In this document: positions 26,738 to 36,255 of the stretch, piece by piece
Layout of the letters: each line of letters opens with the position of its first letter
Numbering within the stretch: the first letter of the stretch is position 1
Origin: Bacteroidetes bacterium UBA2364
GTDB taxonomy: Bacteria > Bacteroidota > Rhodothermia > Rhodothermales > UBA2364
Length of the DNA: 64,000 bases
Direction of reading: 5' to 3'
Assembly: GCA_002344075.1 (NCBI GenBank)
Contig: DDTM01000058.1
Location: 21,874-85,873 of the forward strand
The notes under the pieces: generated by a model
Told to the model about the DNA's origin: nothing
Databases searched by the model: none
Seen by the model: the letters and a program-made list of their open reading frames with translations, nothing else
Position numbers and translations under genes: made by a program

Positions 26738-28093
26738 ATGGCAAGACCCCAAAAAGTAGTCTGGTCGGAAGGCATGGCCCTCGACCCACACCACTTCCAA
26801 CAGTGGGATCGTTTTTCTCAGGCCAATGTTGTGTTTCGTCAGAGAATGTTACAACGTCACGCTTGGGGAATCCTAACATTGATGATTGATGAAGAAGCGC
26901 TCTTAAATGGCCAGTTCAGCTTAAGTCAGGCAAGTGGCATTATGCCAGATGGTCTTGTATTTGATTTACCAGAAACCGATCGTGCACCCGATGCAAGACC
27001 AATACAAGGTGCGTTTGACCCTACAAAAGACCGCTTGGCGGTGTTTTTGGCGGTTCCTGCCGAGCGAGTAGAGGGGCGAAATACGTTGTTGCCGGATGTC
27101 CCCATCAACCGAACAACGCGGTTCGTTACTACCGAAATTTTGGTTCGGGACGATAATACAGGGATTGAAGACCGTCCTATACAAGTTGCGAAAGCCAATT
27201 TTCAATTGGTTTTTGAAGGAGAGAGTGTAAATGATCTTAGTACTATCAAAATTGCCGAGGTTTTACGAACGAGGACCGGTACCTATGAGTTAAACCCCCA
27301 ATTTATACCGCCTTGCTTGTCTTTGGTCTCATCTAAGGCTTTAGAAGGTATCGCTCGTCGTACTATGGAACTCTTGGTGGCAAAGCGTCAGGCGTTAATG
27401 GAAAAACATGCGGCTTATGGTCGCGGCGAATTGATGGCAGCAGATGTGACTACGATGCTGTTTCTGGAATCCATCAATGGTTCGATTCCTGAAATCAACC
27501 ACAATTTCTCGGTCATTCAAAGCCATCCCGAAGCCTTCTTTCTTACGCTGCTGCGGCTGTCGGGTTATCTGACCACTTATTCTACTGCTTTTTCCTACAA
27601 TGATTTTCCTGCGTATGACCACAGTGACCTAACTACTTGTTTTCATACGCTCTTCAACCAGTTCCGGACATTATTGGGGGATGTGGTGTTCTCAAAAGAA
27701 TATGAGCGGATAGACCTGATTCGGAAAGGAGAATCTATTTATCTTGCAACTTTCGATGACCGCCATCTACCCGAAAATGTGGAACTGTATCTGGTGGCAA
27801 CCGGACAAGTGGCATCGGACCGGATGCGGTCTTCTTTTCCAAATGACATTCGGATAGCTTCTCCGGCCATGATCGAGCCTGTATTAAAAGGCTTTGTCCG
27901 TGCCTTGGAAGTACATTATGTTATGAGCCTCCCAAAAGGATTGCCTATACGGCCTGATGCGTTTTATTTCAAGCTGACGAAATCTGGGCCTTTTTGGGAC
28001 GACATTCGGGCAAAAAAAGCCTTGGTACTTTTTGTGCCGGCCACGTTGAAAATGTTGGATTTAGAGCTAATTGCCCTGAATCGTTCTTCATAA
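26738..28093 (+). CDS. tssK: T6SS baseplate/membrane-complex connector TssK (ImpJ/VasE)
   Basis: The N-terminus KVVWSEGMALDPHHFQQWDRF is the TssK shoulder-domain signature. Its 451-aa length and its position before tssL-tssM also fit. Confidence 0.85.
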   Translation: MARPQKVVWSEGMALDPHHFQQWDRFSQANVVFRQRMLQRHAWGILTLMIDEEALLNGQFSLSQASGIMPDGLVFDLPETDRAPDARPIQGAFDPTKDRLAVFLAVPAERVEGRNTLLPDVPINRTTRFVTTEILVRDDNTGIEDRPIQVAKANFQLVFEGESVNDLSTIKIAEVLRTRTGTYELNPQFIPPCLSLVSSKALEGIARRTMELLVAKRQALMEKHAAYGRGELMAADVTTMLFLESINGSIPEINHNFSVIQSHPEAFFLTLLRLSGYLTTYSTAFSYNDFPAYDHSDLTTCFHTLFNQFRTLLGDVVFSKEYERIDLIRKGESIYLATFDDRHLPENVELYLVATGQVASDRMRSSFPNDIRIASPAMIEPVLKGFVRALEVHYVMSLPKGLPIRPDAFYFKLTKSGPFWDDIRAKKALVLFVPATLKMLDLELIALNRSS

Positions 28094-28195
28094 ATCCGAC
28101 TCTTGTTGGACTCTATTCATTCACTTTGGGGCGGTGATGGGCAGGTACCTAAAACCGATCTACCCATTTATACGTTCATTTCAACGTCGAGAATC

Positions 28196-28861
28196 ATGAG
28201 TGCTAAACGTCCGCGTCTTTCCAAGTTCTGCACGGAGTTTTTGATGTTTGCTTTGCACATCCGTCGAACCCAGAACCCCGGTCACCCCGGGACGCTTCGT
28301 GAAAGTGTAAAACTGGCGCTTCAGAAATTAGAAAATACCTGTAAACAGGCGGGAGTTGGTTTTCAGGATTTTCAACAGGCCAAATTCGCCTTGGTGGCAT
28401 TTTTGGATGAGTCTGTGAGTATTCCAGCTTGGCCTTACAATGATGCCTGGAAACGAAATCCGCTTCAATTCGAGTTGTATGGTCGTTACGATGCTGGGGA
28501 ACAATTTTTTGAACGGATTGCATTTCTCCGACAAGATGTTCGGGCGAATCTGGAGGCACTGGAAGTGTTTTATCTATGCCTGACGCTTGGATTTCGAGGG
28601 AAGTATGAAATTGTGGGACGTGACCAATTGGCTGCGTTGCAAGATCAACTATACCGAGATTTGAAGCCCTTTGTCCAAGATACAACAGCCCAACTGGCAC
28701 CCAGTGGATACCCCCGTGCCAAAGTGATGGCGGAAGCGAGGCGGGAAATTCCGATCTGGGTCATTTTTGCCGTTGCTGGTAGCATCATGATTTTGTTTTA
28801 CATCATCATGAGCTTTCTGATTTCCAATGCTGCCGCCAATGTGATGTCGGGAGTTCAATAA
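28196..28861 (+). CDS. tssL: T6SS inner-membrane protein TssL (DotU family), without a peptidoglycan-binding extension
   Basis: DotU pattern FALVAFLDESV, PLQFELYGRYDAGEQFFERI and LEVFYLCLTLGFRGKYE. One C-terminal TM helix (IWVIFAVAGSIMILFYIIMSFLI) has only 12 aa after it. The start is ambiguous: ATG 28196 (used here) or TTG 28103 as in the track. Confidence 0.8.
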   Translation: MSAKRPRLSKFCTEFLMFALHIRRTQNPGHPGTLRESVKLALQKLENTCKQAGVGFQDFQQAKFALVAFLDESVSIPAWPYNDAWKRNPLQFELYGRYDAGEQFFERIAFLRQDVRANLEALEVFYLCLTLGFRGKYEIVGRDQLAALQDQLYRDLKPFVQDTTAQLAPSGYPRAKVMAEARREIPIWVIFAVAGSIMILFYIIMSFLISNAAANVMSGVQ

Positions 28862-28896
28862 CTGCCTTAAGCAAACCACTAAGCATTTCCAAAGCC

Positions 28897-31800
28897 ATGC
28901 TCAACGCACTTAAAAACGAATTCTTTATTGGTGGCGTCACCTACATCATCTTTGCAGCAGGGATTTTTTATCTCGGTAGTCTATTTGAGATTGACATGAC
29001 CATGCGGATTTTGATTTCGCTGGTCATATTGCTACTTGTGGCGCTGGTGATGATGTACCGAAAAATGAAAGCCAACCGAGATGCGGCCAAATTGGAAGCA
29101 GGTATGAAAGCCCAAGCGGATGCCGCACTCTTTGGTCAAGTGTCTGATAAACGATTGGAGATTGAAGAGTTACAGAAAAAATTTGTGGCTGCCATCGAAA
29201 CCCTTAAACAATCCAAATTGGGCAAAGGTGGTAAAGGAAATCAGGCACTCTATTCACTCCCGTGGTACATGCTCATCGGCCCGCCTGCCGCTGGGAAAAC
29301 CACCCTGATCCAACAATCTGGCCTTCAGTTTCCTCTGGAGTCAAGTAGGGTTCGTGGTGTTGGTGGAACAAGGGATTGTGATTGGTTCTTTTCCACCTCG
29401 GCTATATTCTTGGACACTGCCGGCCGATATACCACCGAAAAATCAGACGAGCCGGAGTGGTTAGGTTTTCTGGATCTGCTCAAAAAATATCGCAAAAAAA
29501 AGCCACTAAACGGGGTTATTGTGTCTTTGGCGGTTACAGACTTAATGGGCCGAACCGAAGAGGTTGAACAACATGCAGCGAGTATCCGCCGCCGTTTGGA
29601 TGAGTTGATTAGCCGTCTTGGAGTGCATTTTCCCGTTTATTTAGTCTTTACCAAAAGCGATTTGGTAGAAGGATGTATAGAATTTTTTAGTGATCTAAAC
29701 GCCCGTGAAGTGGAACAGATCTGGGGGCATACCCTGGATGAAAGTGAGCAAACGAGTAAAGAGCCGGGTCAGATTTTTAGATCAACCTATAATCGGATGT
29801 TGAAAACATTAGAAGATTTACGGTTAAATCGTTTAAATACCAACCTGAAACGGGAAGATCGTCGAAAAGTATATAGTTTCCCTGACGAAATGACCGGATT
29901 AAAAGACCCGATCACTACGTTTGTTAATCGCTTGTTCCAGTATAATCCTTTCAATGAAAACCCGATATTTCGGGGCTATTACTTCACAAGTGGAACCCAA
30001 GAAGGAACTCCGATTGATCGGGTGATGCAGGCACTGGCCAATCAGTATAGTTTGCCACAAACAGGCGGCGAGATGCCGATTCAGCGCGAGACCAAGAGTT
30101 ATTTTATCAAGGACATTTTTAACCATGTGATCATTCCGGACCAACGGATGGCGATGCATACAAAGGCCGAGAAGAAATTACAGAACAAACTCCAGATAGG
30201 ATCCATCGCATTGGCAGTAATCACGATGTTGTTGTTTTTCTGGGGGGTGGGTTGCGGGTATTCCAAATCTAATCAAACGTTGGCCAACTTGGACGATGCA
30301 ATACTAAAGGCAAAATCGGTGGCATGGTCCGGGCCAGAAAAAACAATTCCTAATTTACAGATATTAGACAACCTTCGGCTCCGGATTCATGAAGCCGAAG
30401 AAGAAAGTTTTTTCTGGACGATGGGGATGACACGTGGAGCAAGTGCGGCGGAACAAGCGCGTCTGTTATTCTTTCGTAAATTCAGGCCATTGGTTGAGCA
30501 GCAATTTTATCGAAATATGGAGTCTGGATTGCGTGAGTATGTAGCTTCAGGCCAAGACCCGATTGGAAAAATGGAAGAGCAGTTAGGAGCCTATATCTTA
30601 ATGGGGCCAGACGTGAATTTTGCTCAGGGAGCCGAGCCACCAACCAAAGCCGAAGGGGTTAAGCATTTGCAGGTGTTTTTGTCCTATGCAGCCGACCTTC
30701 AGTTCAATAATCCTTCGGGAAATATGCGGCTCTCCAAGGAAATTCAAACGATGGTAAAAGAACAGGTCAAACTTTTTGGCGAAGTGGTGCGGCAAAATGA
30801 ACCGCTAAGATTCCGTACAGACCAAACACTCATCCGGCAATCAAGAGAATTGCTCCGTAGAAACCTTTCTGCAAAATCAATTTATCATAGCATTAAACGA
30901 CAGATTATTAATCAAACCCCCCGGTTAGGAAGCATCGGCTTATCAGAATTATTAGGCCCCATTTCTTCTGGCTACATGTTTGGAAGTGTGCGGGTTAATG
31001 GCTTTTTCACTCGCTCTGCATGGGATACCTTAGTTGTTCGCGAATTTACAAAGCGAAGCGAAAATCCGGTGGCAGGTAACTGGATCATCGGCCCACTTTC
31101 CAAGGCCCAGTTACCGAGCAACCTGACCAATCCGGTAGAGTATTTACGTTCGTTGGTTAGGTTCTATTTTGAGGACTATGCCCGAACATGGGTTACGTTT
31201 GTACAAGGTGTTACTTACGACCGTTCTGGTGTCTCTGGCAGCAATCCACTTTCGGTAGCATTACGTTTAAACCAACTTTCCGCTGCTGGCTCATCTCCCT
31301 TCCAAGCGCTTGTGGATTCGGTATCTTCACAAAATCGTTTGTCTTTTAAGCAGGAAAAAGGAGGCAATATTGTAACGAATACTTGGGACAGCATTATGGG
31401 CAACGAGCGTACCGATATTCAGGTGGATCAATCCGGGTTGGATGTTGGGCAATCTATAAAAGCCATTCATGCACTGTCAACCTTACCGCCACCGGGTGGA
31501 AAGGGAACCAATGGCGGGCTTAAAACGCTTTTAGATGCCTATTTTGCTGTGAGCAAGGAAGTGGAACGAATGGCCAGTGGTCAACAAGCCCCAATGGCAG
31601 AACAGTCTATTAACAGTGCGAAAGATGTTGCAGAAAGATTATCTGGGCTTTTTGACGCCGGAACTGGGGCGAGAATAAAGGCATTGCTCCAAGCCCCATT
31701 AGAGGATATTTCGTCGGGGGTGGTGGTCATCCAACAGGAACAAGTAGCGCAAACTTTTTCGGCGTCCGTTGGTGGAGAATTGGCTTCTGTACAGGGAAGG

Positions 31801-32418
31801 TATCCGTTTAGTGAAAGCGCCAGTGCAGACTTATCGGCGGATGAATTTGGAGACTTGTTTAAGCCGGGTGGGAAGTTAGACCAATTCTTTGATCAAAACA
31901 AGGCGATGATAGACAATCCTAACAGTGGTGCTAAAGGGGCAGAATTAAAATCTTTCCGAGACAAGGTGCGAGAAGTGCAGAAAAGTTTCTTTGCGGGCGG
32001 CAGTTTGTCTGCACAGTTCGATATGGTTCCGGAGCGTCCAGAGCCTTCCAATGTTGTGGCCGAGGTTGACCTGAAAATGGATGCCACTCTTCACAATAAT
32101 CGGACATCGGAAGGGTTTTCATTCGAGTCTCCCAAACGCATTGCTTGGCCGGGCGACGGAAGTGAAGCCTATGTCGAAATACGAGATGTGAATGGAAATA
32201 GTGCCCGGGTCGCAGCACCAAGAGGGGCCTTTGCCATGTTCCGCTTGCTCGAAAAAGGCTCGTTAAAAGCCCGGTCTTCGGATGAATTTGTGGTGGAATG
32301 GAATGTCAAACTCGGCGGAAGAACAGTCCGATTGCGCTATACCATCCAAGCGGCTGGGCTGAAAAACCCGATTGCCGGCCTTAATTTACTTCATGACATG
32401 AAAATGCCAGAACTCTAA
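28897..32418 (+). CDS. tssM: T6SS inner-membrane protein TssM (IcmF family)
   Basis: Two N-terminal TM helices, a cytoplasmic NTPase domain with Walker A GPPAAGKTT, a third TM helix (IGSIALAVITMLLFFWGVG) and a large periplasmic domain. Its 1173 aa and its position after tssL also fit. Confidence 0.9.
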   Translation: MLNALKNEFFIGGVTYIIFAAGIFYLGSLFEIDMTMRILISLVILLLVALVMMYRKMKANRDAAKLEAGMKAQADAALFGQVSDKRLEIEELQKKFVAAIETLKQSKLGKGGKGNQALYSLPWYMLIGPPAAGKTTLIQQSGLQFPLESSRVRGVGGTRDCDWFFSTSAIFLDTAGRYTTEKSDEPEWLGFLDLLKKYRKKKPLNGVIVSLAVTDLMGRTEEVEQHAASIRRRLDELISRLGVHFPVYLVFTKSDLVEGCIEFFSDLNAREVEQIWGHTLDESEQTSKEPGQIFRSTYNRMLKTLEDLRLNRLNTNLKREDRRKVYSFPDEMTGLKDPITTFVNRLFQYNPFNENPIFRGYYFTSGTQEGTPIDRVMQALANQYSLPQTGGEMPIQRETKSYFIKDIFNHVIIPDQRMAMHTKAEKKLQNKLQIGSIALAVITMLLFFWGVGCGYSKSNQTLANLDDAILKAKSVAWSGPEKTIPNLQILDNLRLRIHEAEEESFFWTMGMTRGASAAEQARLLFFRKFRPLVEQQFYRNMESGLREYVASGQDPIGKMEEQLGAYILMGPDVNFAQGAEPPTKAEGVKHLQVFLSYAADLQFNNPSGNMRLSKEIQTMVKEQVKLFGEVVRQNEPLRFRTDQTLIRQSRELLRRNLSAKSIYHSIKRQIINQTPRLGSIGLSELLGPISSGYMFGSVRVNGFFTRSAWDTLVVREFTKRSENPVAGNWIIGPLSKAQLPSNLTNPVEYLRSLVRFYFEDYARTWVTFVQGVTYDRSGVSGSNPLSVALRLNQLSAAGSSPFQALVDSVSSQNRLSFKQEKGGNIVTNTWDSIMGNERTDIQVDQSGLDVGQSIKAIHALSTLPPPGGKGTNGGLKTLLDAYFAVSKEVERMASGQQAPMAEQSINSAKDVAERLSGLFDAGTGARIKALLQAPLEDISSGVVVIQQEQVAQTFSASVGGELASVQGRYPFSESASADLSADEFGDLFKPGGKLDQFFDQNKAMIDNPNSGAKGAELKSFRDKVREVQKSFFAGGSLSAQFDMVPERPEPSNVVAEVDLKMDATLHNNRTSEGFSFESPKRIAWPGDGSEAYVEIRDVNGNSARVAAPRGAFAMFRLLEKGSLKARSSDEFVVEWNVKLGGRTVRLRYTIQAAGLKNPIAGLNLLHDMKMPEL

Positions 32419-32438
32419 GCCGGAATACTTAATTATTG

Positions 32439-32470
32439 AAGGCGCTCACCTCGCACGGGCGCCTTTTTTT
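32439..32470 (+). terminator. Rho-independent terminator closing the T6SS-like operon
   Basis: AAGGCGC (32439-32445), a 13-nt loop, GCGCCTT and then a run of 7 T (32464-32470). It starts 21 nt after the tssM stop. Confidence 0.8.
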
Positions 32471-32589
32471 ATGATAAAACGTTAAAACGTCCCACAAATC
32501 AATCTGTAGTTGTTATTTTTTGCCATTGGTCGTATCTTATCTGTCTGTATAAAACTGTATTGACCCCTTTGAGCGGAAGTATTAAGACG

Positions 32590-35500
32590 ATGAATAAGCG
32601 ATTTCCAGAAGCAAAGCAAGTTGATTTCCCTGCGTTAGAACAGCAAATGCTGGATTGGTGGAAAGTCGAACGAATTTTTGAACGCAGTATCGAAGAAAGA
32701 AGCATAGATCGGCCTTTTACGTTCTATGAAGGCCCACCCACCGCAAACGGAAAACCGGGTATTCACCATGTGATGGCCCGAACCATTAAAGATACGTTTT
32801 GCCGTTACCAATCTTTAAAGGGAAAACGGGTAAATCGAAAAGCAGGATGGGATACGCATGGCTTGCCCGTTGAGATTGAGGTGGAGAAGCGGCTGGGTAT
32901 CGAAGGTCGGCATAAAGTGGAAGAGTTTGGGCTTGAGGCATATAACAAAGCATGCAAAGACAGTGTTTTAGAATATACAGGGCTTTGGCACCAGCTCACG
33001 GAAAGAATGGGTTACTGGGTAGATATGAATGACCCATATATCACCTACGAGACCGCCTACATTGAATCTGTCTGGTGGTTGCTGAAACAAATTTATGATA
33101 AAGGACTCCTGTTTAGAGGGTATAAAATCCAATGGTATAGCCCTGGCTCTAATACTGTGCTTAGTTCCCATGAAGTGAGTTTGGGGTATAAAGAGGTGCA
33201 AGATCCTGCGGTATTTGTTCGTTTTCCGTTAGAGGGTGAAGAGAATACTTCATTTTTGGCTTGGACTACTACTCCTTGGACCCTGATTTCTAATACAGCA
33301 CTTGCTATCCACCGAAACATAGACTATGTGAAAATCCGACACCTGTTAGCAAGTGGTGAGGCGGAATATTTAATCCTTGCGAAAAATCGTTTATCGGTGA
33401 TTAAAGATGATTATGAAATAATTTCCGAACACAAAGGTGCTGAATTTTTGGGTCTTAGCTATGAGCCACCCTTTGATTATTTTGTGACCGAGGTGGGGAA
33501 AGAGGCTGCTTGGCGGGTCATTCATGCAGATTTTATTACCGATTCGGATGGAACAGGCGTGGCTCATGAAGCTCCCGCCTTTGGAGCGGACGACTATAAT
33601 GCGGTGGTGCTAAAAGAAAAAATGCCGCTATTTAATCCGGTTAAGCCCGACGGCACTTTTGAAGATCGCATTACACTGGTTGCAGGTATGCACTTTAAAG
33701 AGGCCGACAAAGTAATTTCTCGGAAATTGAAAGAGCAGGGAAAATTGTTCCGTTTGGAAACCTATCTTCATAACTACCCCCATGACTGGCGAAAAGGGAC
33801 ACCATTGATGCAATATCCAATGGAGTCATGGTTTATCCGCACTTCATCCATTAAAGATCGGTTAGTAGCACTGAATAAAACCATTAATTGGCAACCGGAG
33901 ACCATTGGTACAGGGCGTTTTGGTCAATGGTTGGAGAACAACGTAGATTGGGCCCTTTCAAGGAGCCGTTATTGGGGGACGCCGCTGCCTATCTGGGTTG
34001 CGGAAAATGATCCTGAATATGTAGAGATGATTGGCTCGGTGGCAGAATTGAGAGAAAAATGCGGGTCTGCGGTCCCTGAGAATTTTGAAGAGGTGGATCT
34101 TCATCGGCCTTATGTTGATCAGTACACTTGGGATGCGCCAGCACACATTGGTGGAAAAATGAAACGTATTCCAGACCTGATTGACGTTTGGTTTGATTCT
34201 GGTGCGATGCCTTTTGCGCAGTGGCACTATCCATTTGAAAACAAAGAAAAGTTTGAAGCCAGTTTTCCTGCCGATTTTATTGCCGAGGGCGTAGATCAGA
34301 CAAGAGGGTGGTTTTATTCGCTACATGCCATTGCTGCCCTCGTAATGGATAATGTTGCTTTCAAGAATGTAGTATCTAATGGATTGTTACTGGATGAGAA
34401 GGGCGAAAAAATGTCTAAATCCAAAGGGAATGTTGTAGATCCATTTAAGGCATTAGCAGAACATGGCGCCGATCCTGTACGTTGGTACATGATGTCTAAT
34501 TCACAACCGTGGGAAGACCTGAAGTTTTCTTTTCCTGCACTGGAAATCACCAAACGTAAATTTTTCTTAACGCTGGCCAATACATATTCTTTTTTTGAGA
34601 CCTACGCGAATGTAGATGGATTTGTGTTTAAAGAAGAGCGGGTATCGGTACAGGAACGTGCGGAATTGGACCGCTGGATTCTGAGTCGGCTGAATACCAC
34701 GCTGACCGAAGTGGATTTGGCGTTTGAAGCATATCATCCTACCCGCGCTGCGCGTGCGATAGAACAATTTGTGGACGAACTATCCAACTGGTATATCCGT
34801 CGGAGCCGACGTCGCTTCTGGAAGAGTGAACAAGACAATGACAAGTTGGCGGCTTTCCAAACCGTTTATGAATGTTTGGAGGCCGTTTCGATTATGATGT
34901 CCCCCATAGCACCGTTTTATTCCGACTGGCTATTTAAAGCCTTAAATGACACTTCCGGAAAACGTCGTGCGGACTCGGTGCATCTGGCCGACTTTCCCGC
35001 TGTGGAAAAATCTGCCTTAGATCCTGATTTAGAGCATCGGATGGGGCTTGCGCGATCTCTTACATCGGTGGTGTTGTCGCTTCGCAATCAGGTGCAAATT
35101 AATGTACGGCAACCTTTGAAGAAAATGCTTGTCGTTTTGAACCGTCATGTGGACCGTAATTCGGTTGAGCAAATGAAGAATATCATTTTAGATGAGGTAA
35201 ATCTTAAGTCTTTAGACTTCATTACGTCGTCAAGTGATGTTGTTAAAAAGTCTATTAAGCCTAATTTTCGCGTACTTGGCAAAAAAGTGGGCGGGCTAAT
35301 GAAGGCGGTTCAGGCACAGATTCTAAGAATGACGACCACAGAAATAGAAGCCTTTGAGCGTGAAGGTACATATAATCTGACCCTGCCGGATGGCGCTGTT
35401 GTAGAATTAATGGCAGAAGATGTGGATGTTTTGAGCGAAGGGGTAGCGGGTTGGTTGGTTGGGTCTGAAGGCTTGGTTACGGTTGCATTGGACACCAATA

Positions 35501-35772
35501 TTACGCCGGCCTTGCGTGCGGAAGGACTGAGTCGCGAGTTGGTCAATCGTATTCAAAACTTAAGAAAGTCCGCTAATTTAGATGTGACAGACCGAATTCA
35601 GATTGGGTTGAGGGCCTCTGATGATTTCCTCGCGGCCATTGAGCCATATAAATCTTGGATTATGGGCGAGACCCTTGCAACATCCTTTGTGCCAGACGAG
35701 GTTGGGTACACCGTACTCGAAACGTTTGAAATAGGGAATGAACAGATCGGGGTAGCCCTTACAAAATTTTAA
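32590..35772 (+). CDS. ileS: Isoleucyl-tRNA synthetase
   Basis: I moved the start to ATG 32590 (MNKRFPEAKQVDFPALEQQMLDWW). Class-I motifs PGIHHVMARTIKD (HIGH-type) and KMSKSKGN. Length is about 1060 aa. Confidence 0.95.
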   Translation: MNKRFPEAKQVDFPALEQQMLDWWKVERIFERSIEERSIDRPFTFYEGPPTANGKPGIHHVMARTIKDTFCRYQSLKGKRVNRKAGWDTHGLPVEIEVEKRLGIEGRHKVEEFGLEAYNKACKDSVLEYTGLWHQLTERMGYWVDMNDPYITYETAYIESVWWLLKQIYDKGLLFRGYKIQWYSPGSNTVLSSHEVSLGYKEVQDPAVFVRFPLEGEENTSFLAWTTTPWTLISNTALAIHRNIDYVKIRHLLASGEAEYLILAKNRLSVIKDDYEIISEHKGAEFLGLSYEPPFDYFVTEVGKEAAWRVIHADFITDSDGTGVAHEAPAFGADDYNAVVLKEKMPLFNPVKPDGTFEDRITLVAGMHFKEADKVISRKLKEQGKLFRLETYLHNYPHDWRKGTPLMQYPMESWFIRTSSIKDRLVALNKTINWQPETIGTGRFGQWLENNVDWALSRSRYWGTPLPIWVAENDPEYVEMIGSVAELREKCGSAVPENFEEVDLHRPYVDQYTWDAPAHIGGKMKRIPDLIDVWFDSGAMPFAQWHYPFENKEKFEASFPADFIAEGVDQTRGWFYSLHAIAALVMDNVAFKNVVSNGLLLDEKGEKMSKSKGNVVDPFKALAEHGADPVRWYMMSNSQPWEDLKFSFPALEITKRKFFLTLANTYSFFETYANVDGFVFKEERVSVQERAELDRWILSRLNTTLTEVDLAFEAYHPTRAARAIEQFVDELSNWYIRRSRRRFWKSEQDNDKLAAFQTVYECLEAVSIMMSPIAPFYSDWLFKALNDTSGKRRADSVHLADFPAVEKSALDPDLEHRMGLARSLTSVVLSLRNQVQINVRQPLKKMLVVLNRHVDRNSVEQMKNIILDEVNLKSLDFITSSSDVVKKSIKPNFRVLGKKVGGLMKAVQAQILRMTTTEIEAFEREGTYNLTLPDGAVVELMAEDVDVLSEGVAGWLVGSEGLVTVALDTNITPALRAEGLSRELVNRIQNLRKSANLDVTDRIQIGLRASDDFLAAIEPYKSWIMGETLATSFVPDEVGYTVLETFEIGNEQIGVALTKF

Positions 35773-35809
35773 TGTTCACCACTTATTTCTATTCATTAAC
35801 CTAAAAATA

Positions 35810-36232
35810 ATGCCTGAAATCAATCAACCACCAAACGAAGAGGTCAATGCCCCGAAAAAACGGGTGACGCCTTTTAATGATGAAGAACTGGAATATTTCC
35901 GCCAACTGATTCTTAAAAAGCGTGCCGAGGCACAGGAAGAAGTGGACATCATGAGGAAGTTGATCGAGGATCAGAAAGAAAAGGCAGAAGACGATACGGC
36001 TTATAGTTATCACATGGCCGACGCTGGAACAGATGCGATGGAGCGAGAAAAACTATACCTTATGATTGCGCGTCAGCAAAAATTTATGGGGTATTTGGAA
36101 CGGGCGCTGGAACGGATCACCAACAAAACCTATGGTATCTGTAAAGTAACGGGTTTGCCCATCCCAAAAGGTCGCTTGGAAGCGGTTCCGCATACTGAAA
36201 TTTCGATTGAGGCTAAGAATCAACAAAAATAA
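35810..36232 (+). CDS. DksA/TraR-family regulator (Cys-poor variant common between ileS and lspA in the FCB group)
   Basis: A coiled-coil N-terminal part and the C-terminus YGICKVTGLPIPKGRLEAVPHTEISIEAK. Confidence 0.7.
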   Translation: MPEINQPPNEEVNAPKKRVTPFNDEELEYFRQLILKKRAEAQEEVDIMRKLIEDQKEKAEDDTAYSYHMADAGTDAMEREKLYLMIARQQKFMGYLERALERITNKTYGICKVTGLPIPKGRLEAVPHTEISIEAKNQQK

Positions 36233-36255
36233 GGGATTAAGAGGGTTCTACCCTC

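Noticed and set aside
28103-32418. The DotU + IcmF pair, considered as part of a type IVB (Dot/Icm) secretion system.
   Set aside because: TssB/TssC, TssJ, TssK and TagH are in the same operon and no other Dot/Icm genes are present. This points to a T6SS-type membrane complex.
12123-32589. Genomic-island boundaries around the T6SS-like operon (integrase, transposase, tRNA, flanking direct repeats).
   Set aside because: None is visible on either side, and the flanks are intact housekeeping genes. A compositional comparison would need computation I cannot do here.
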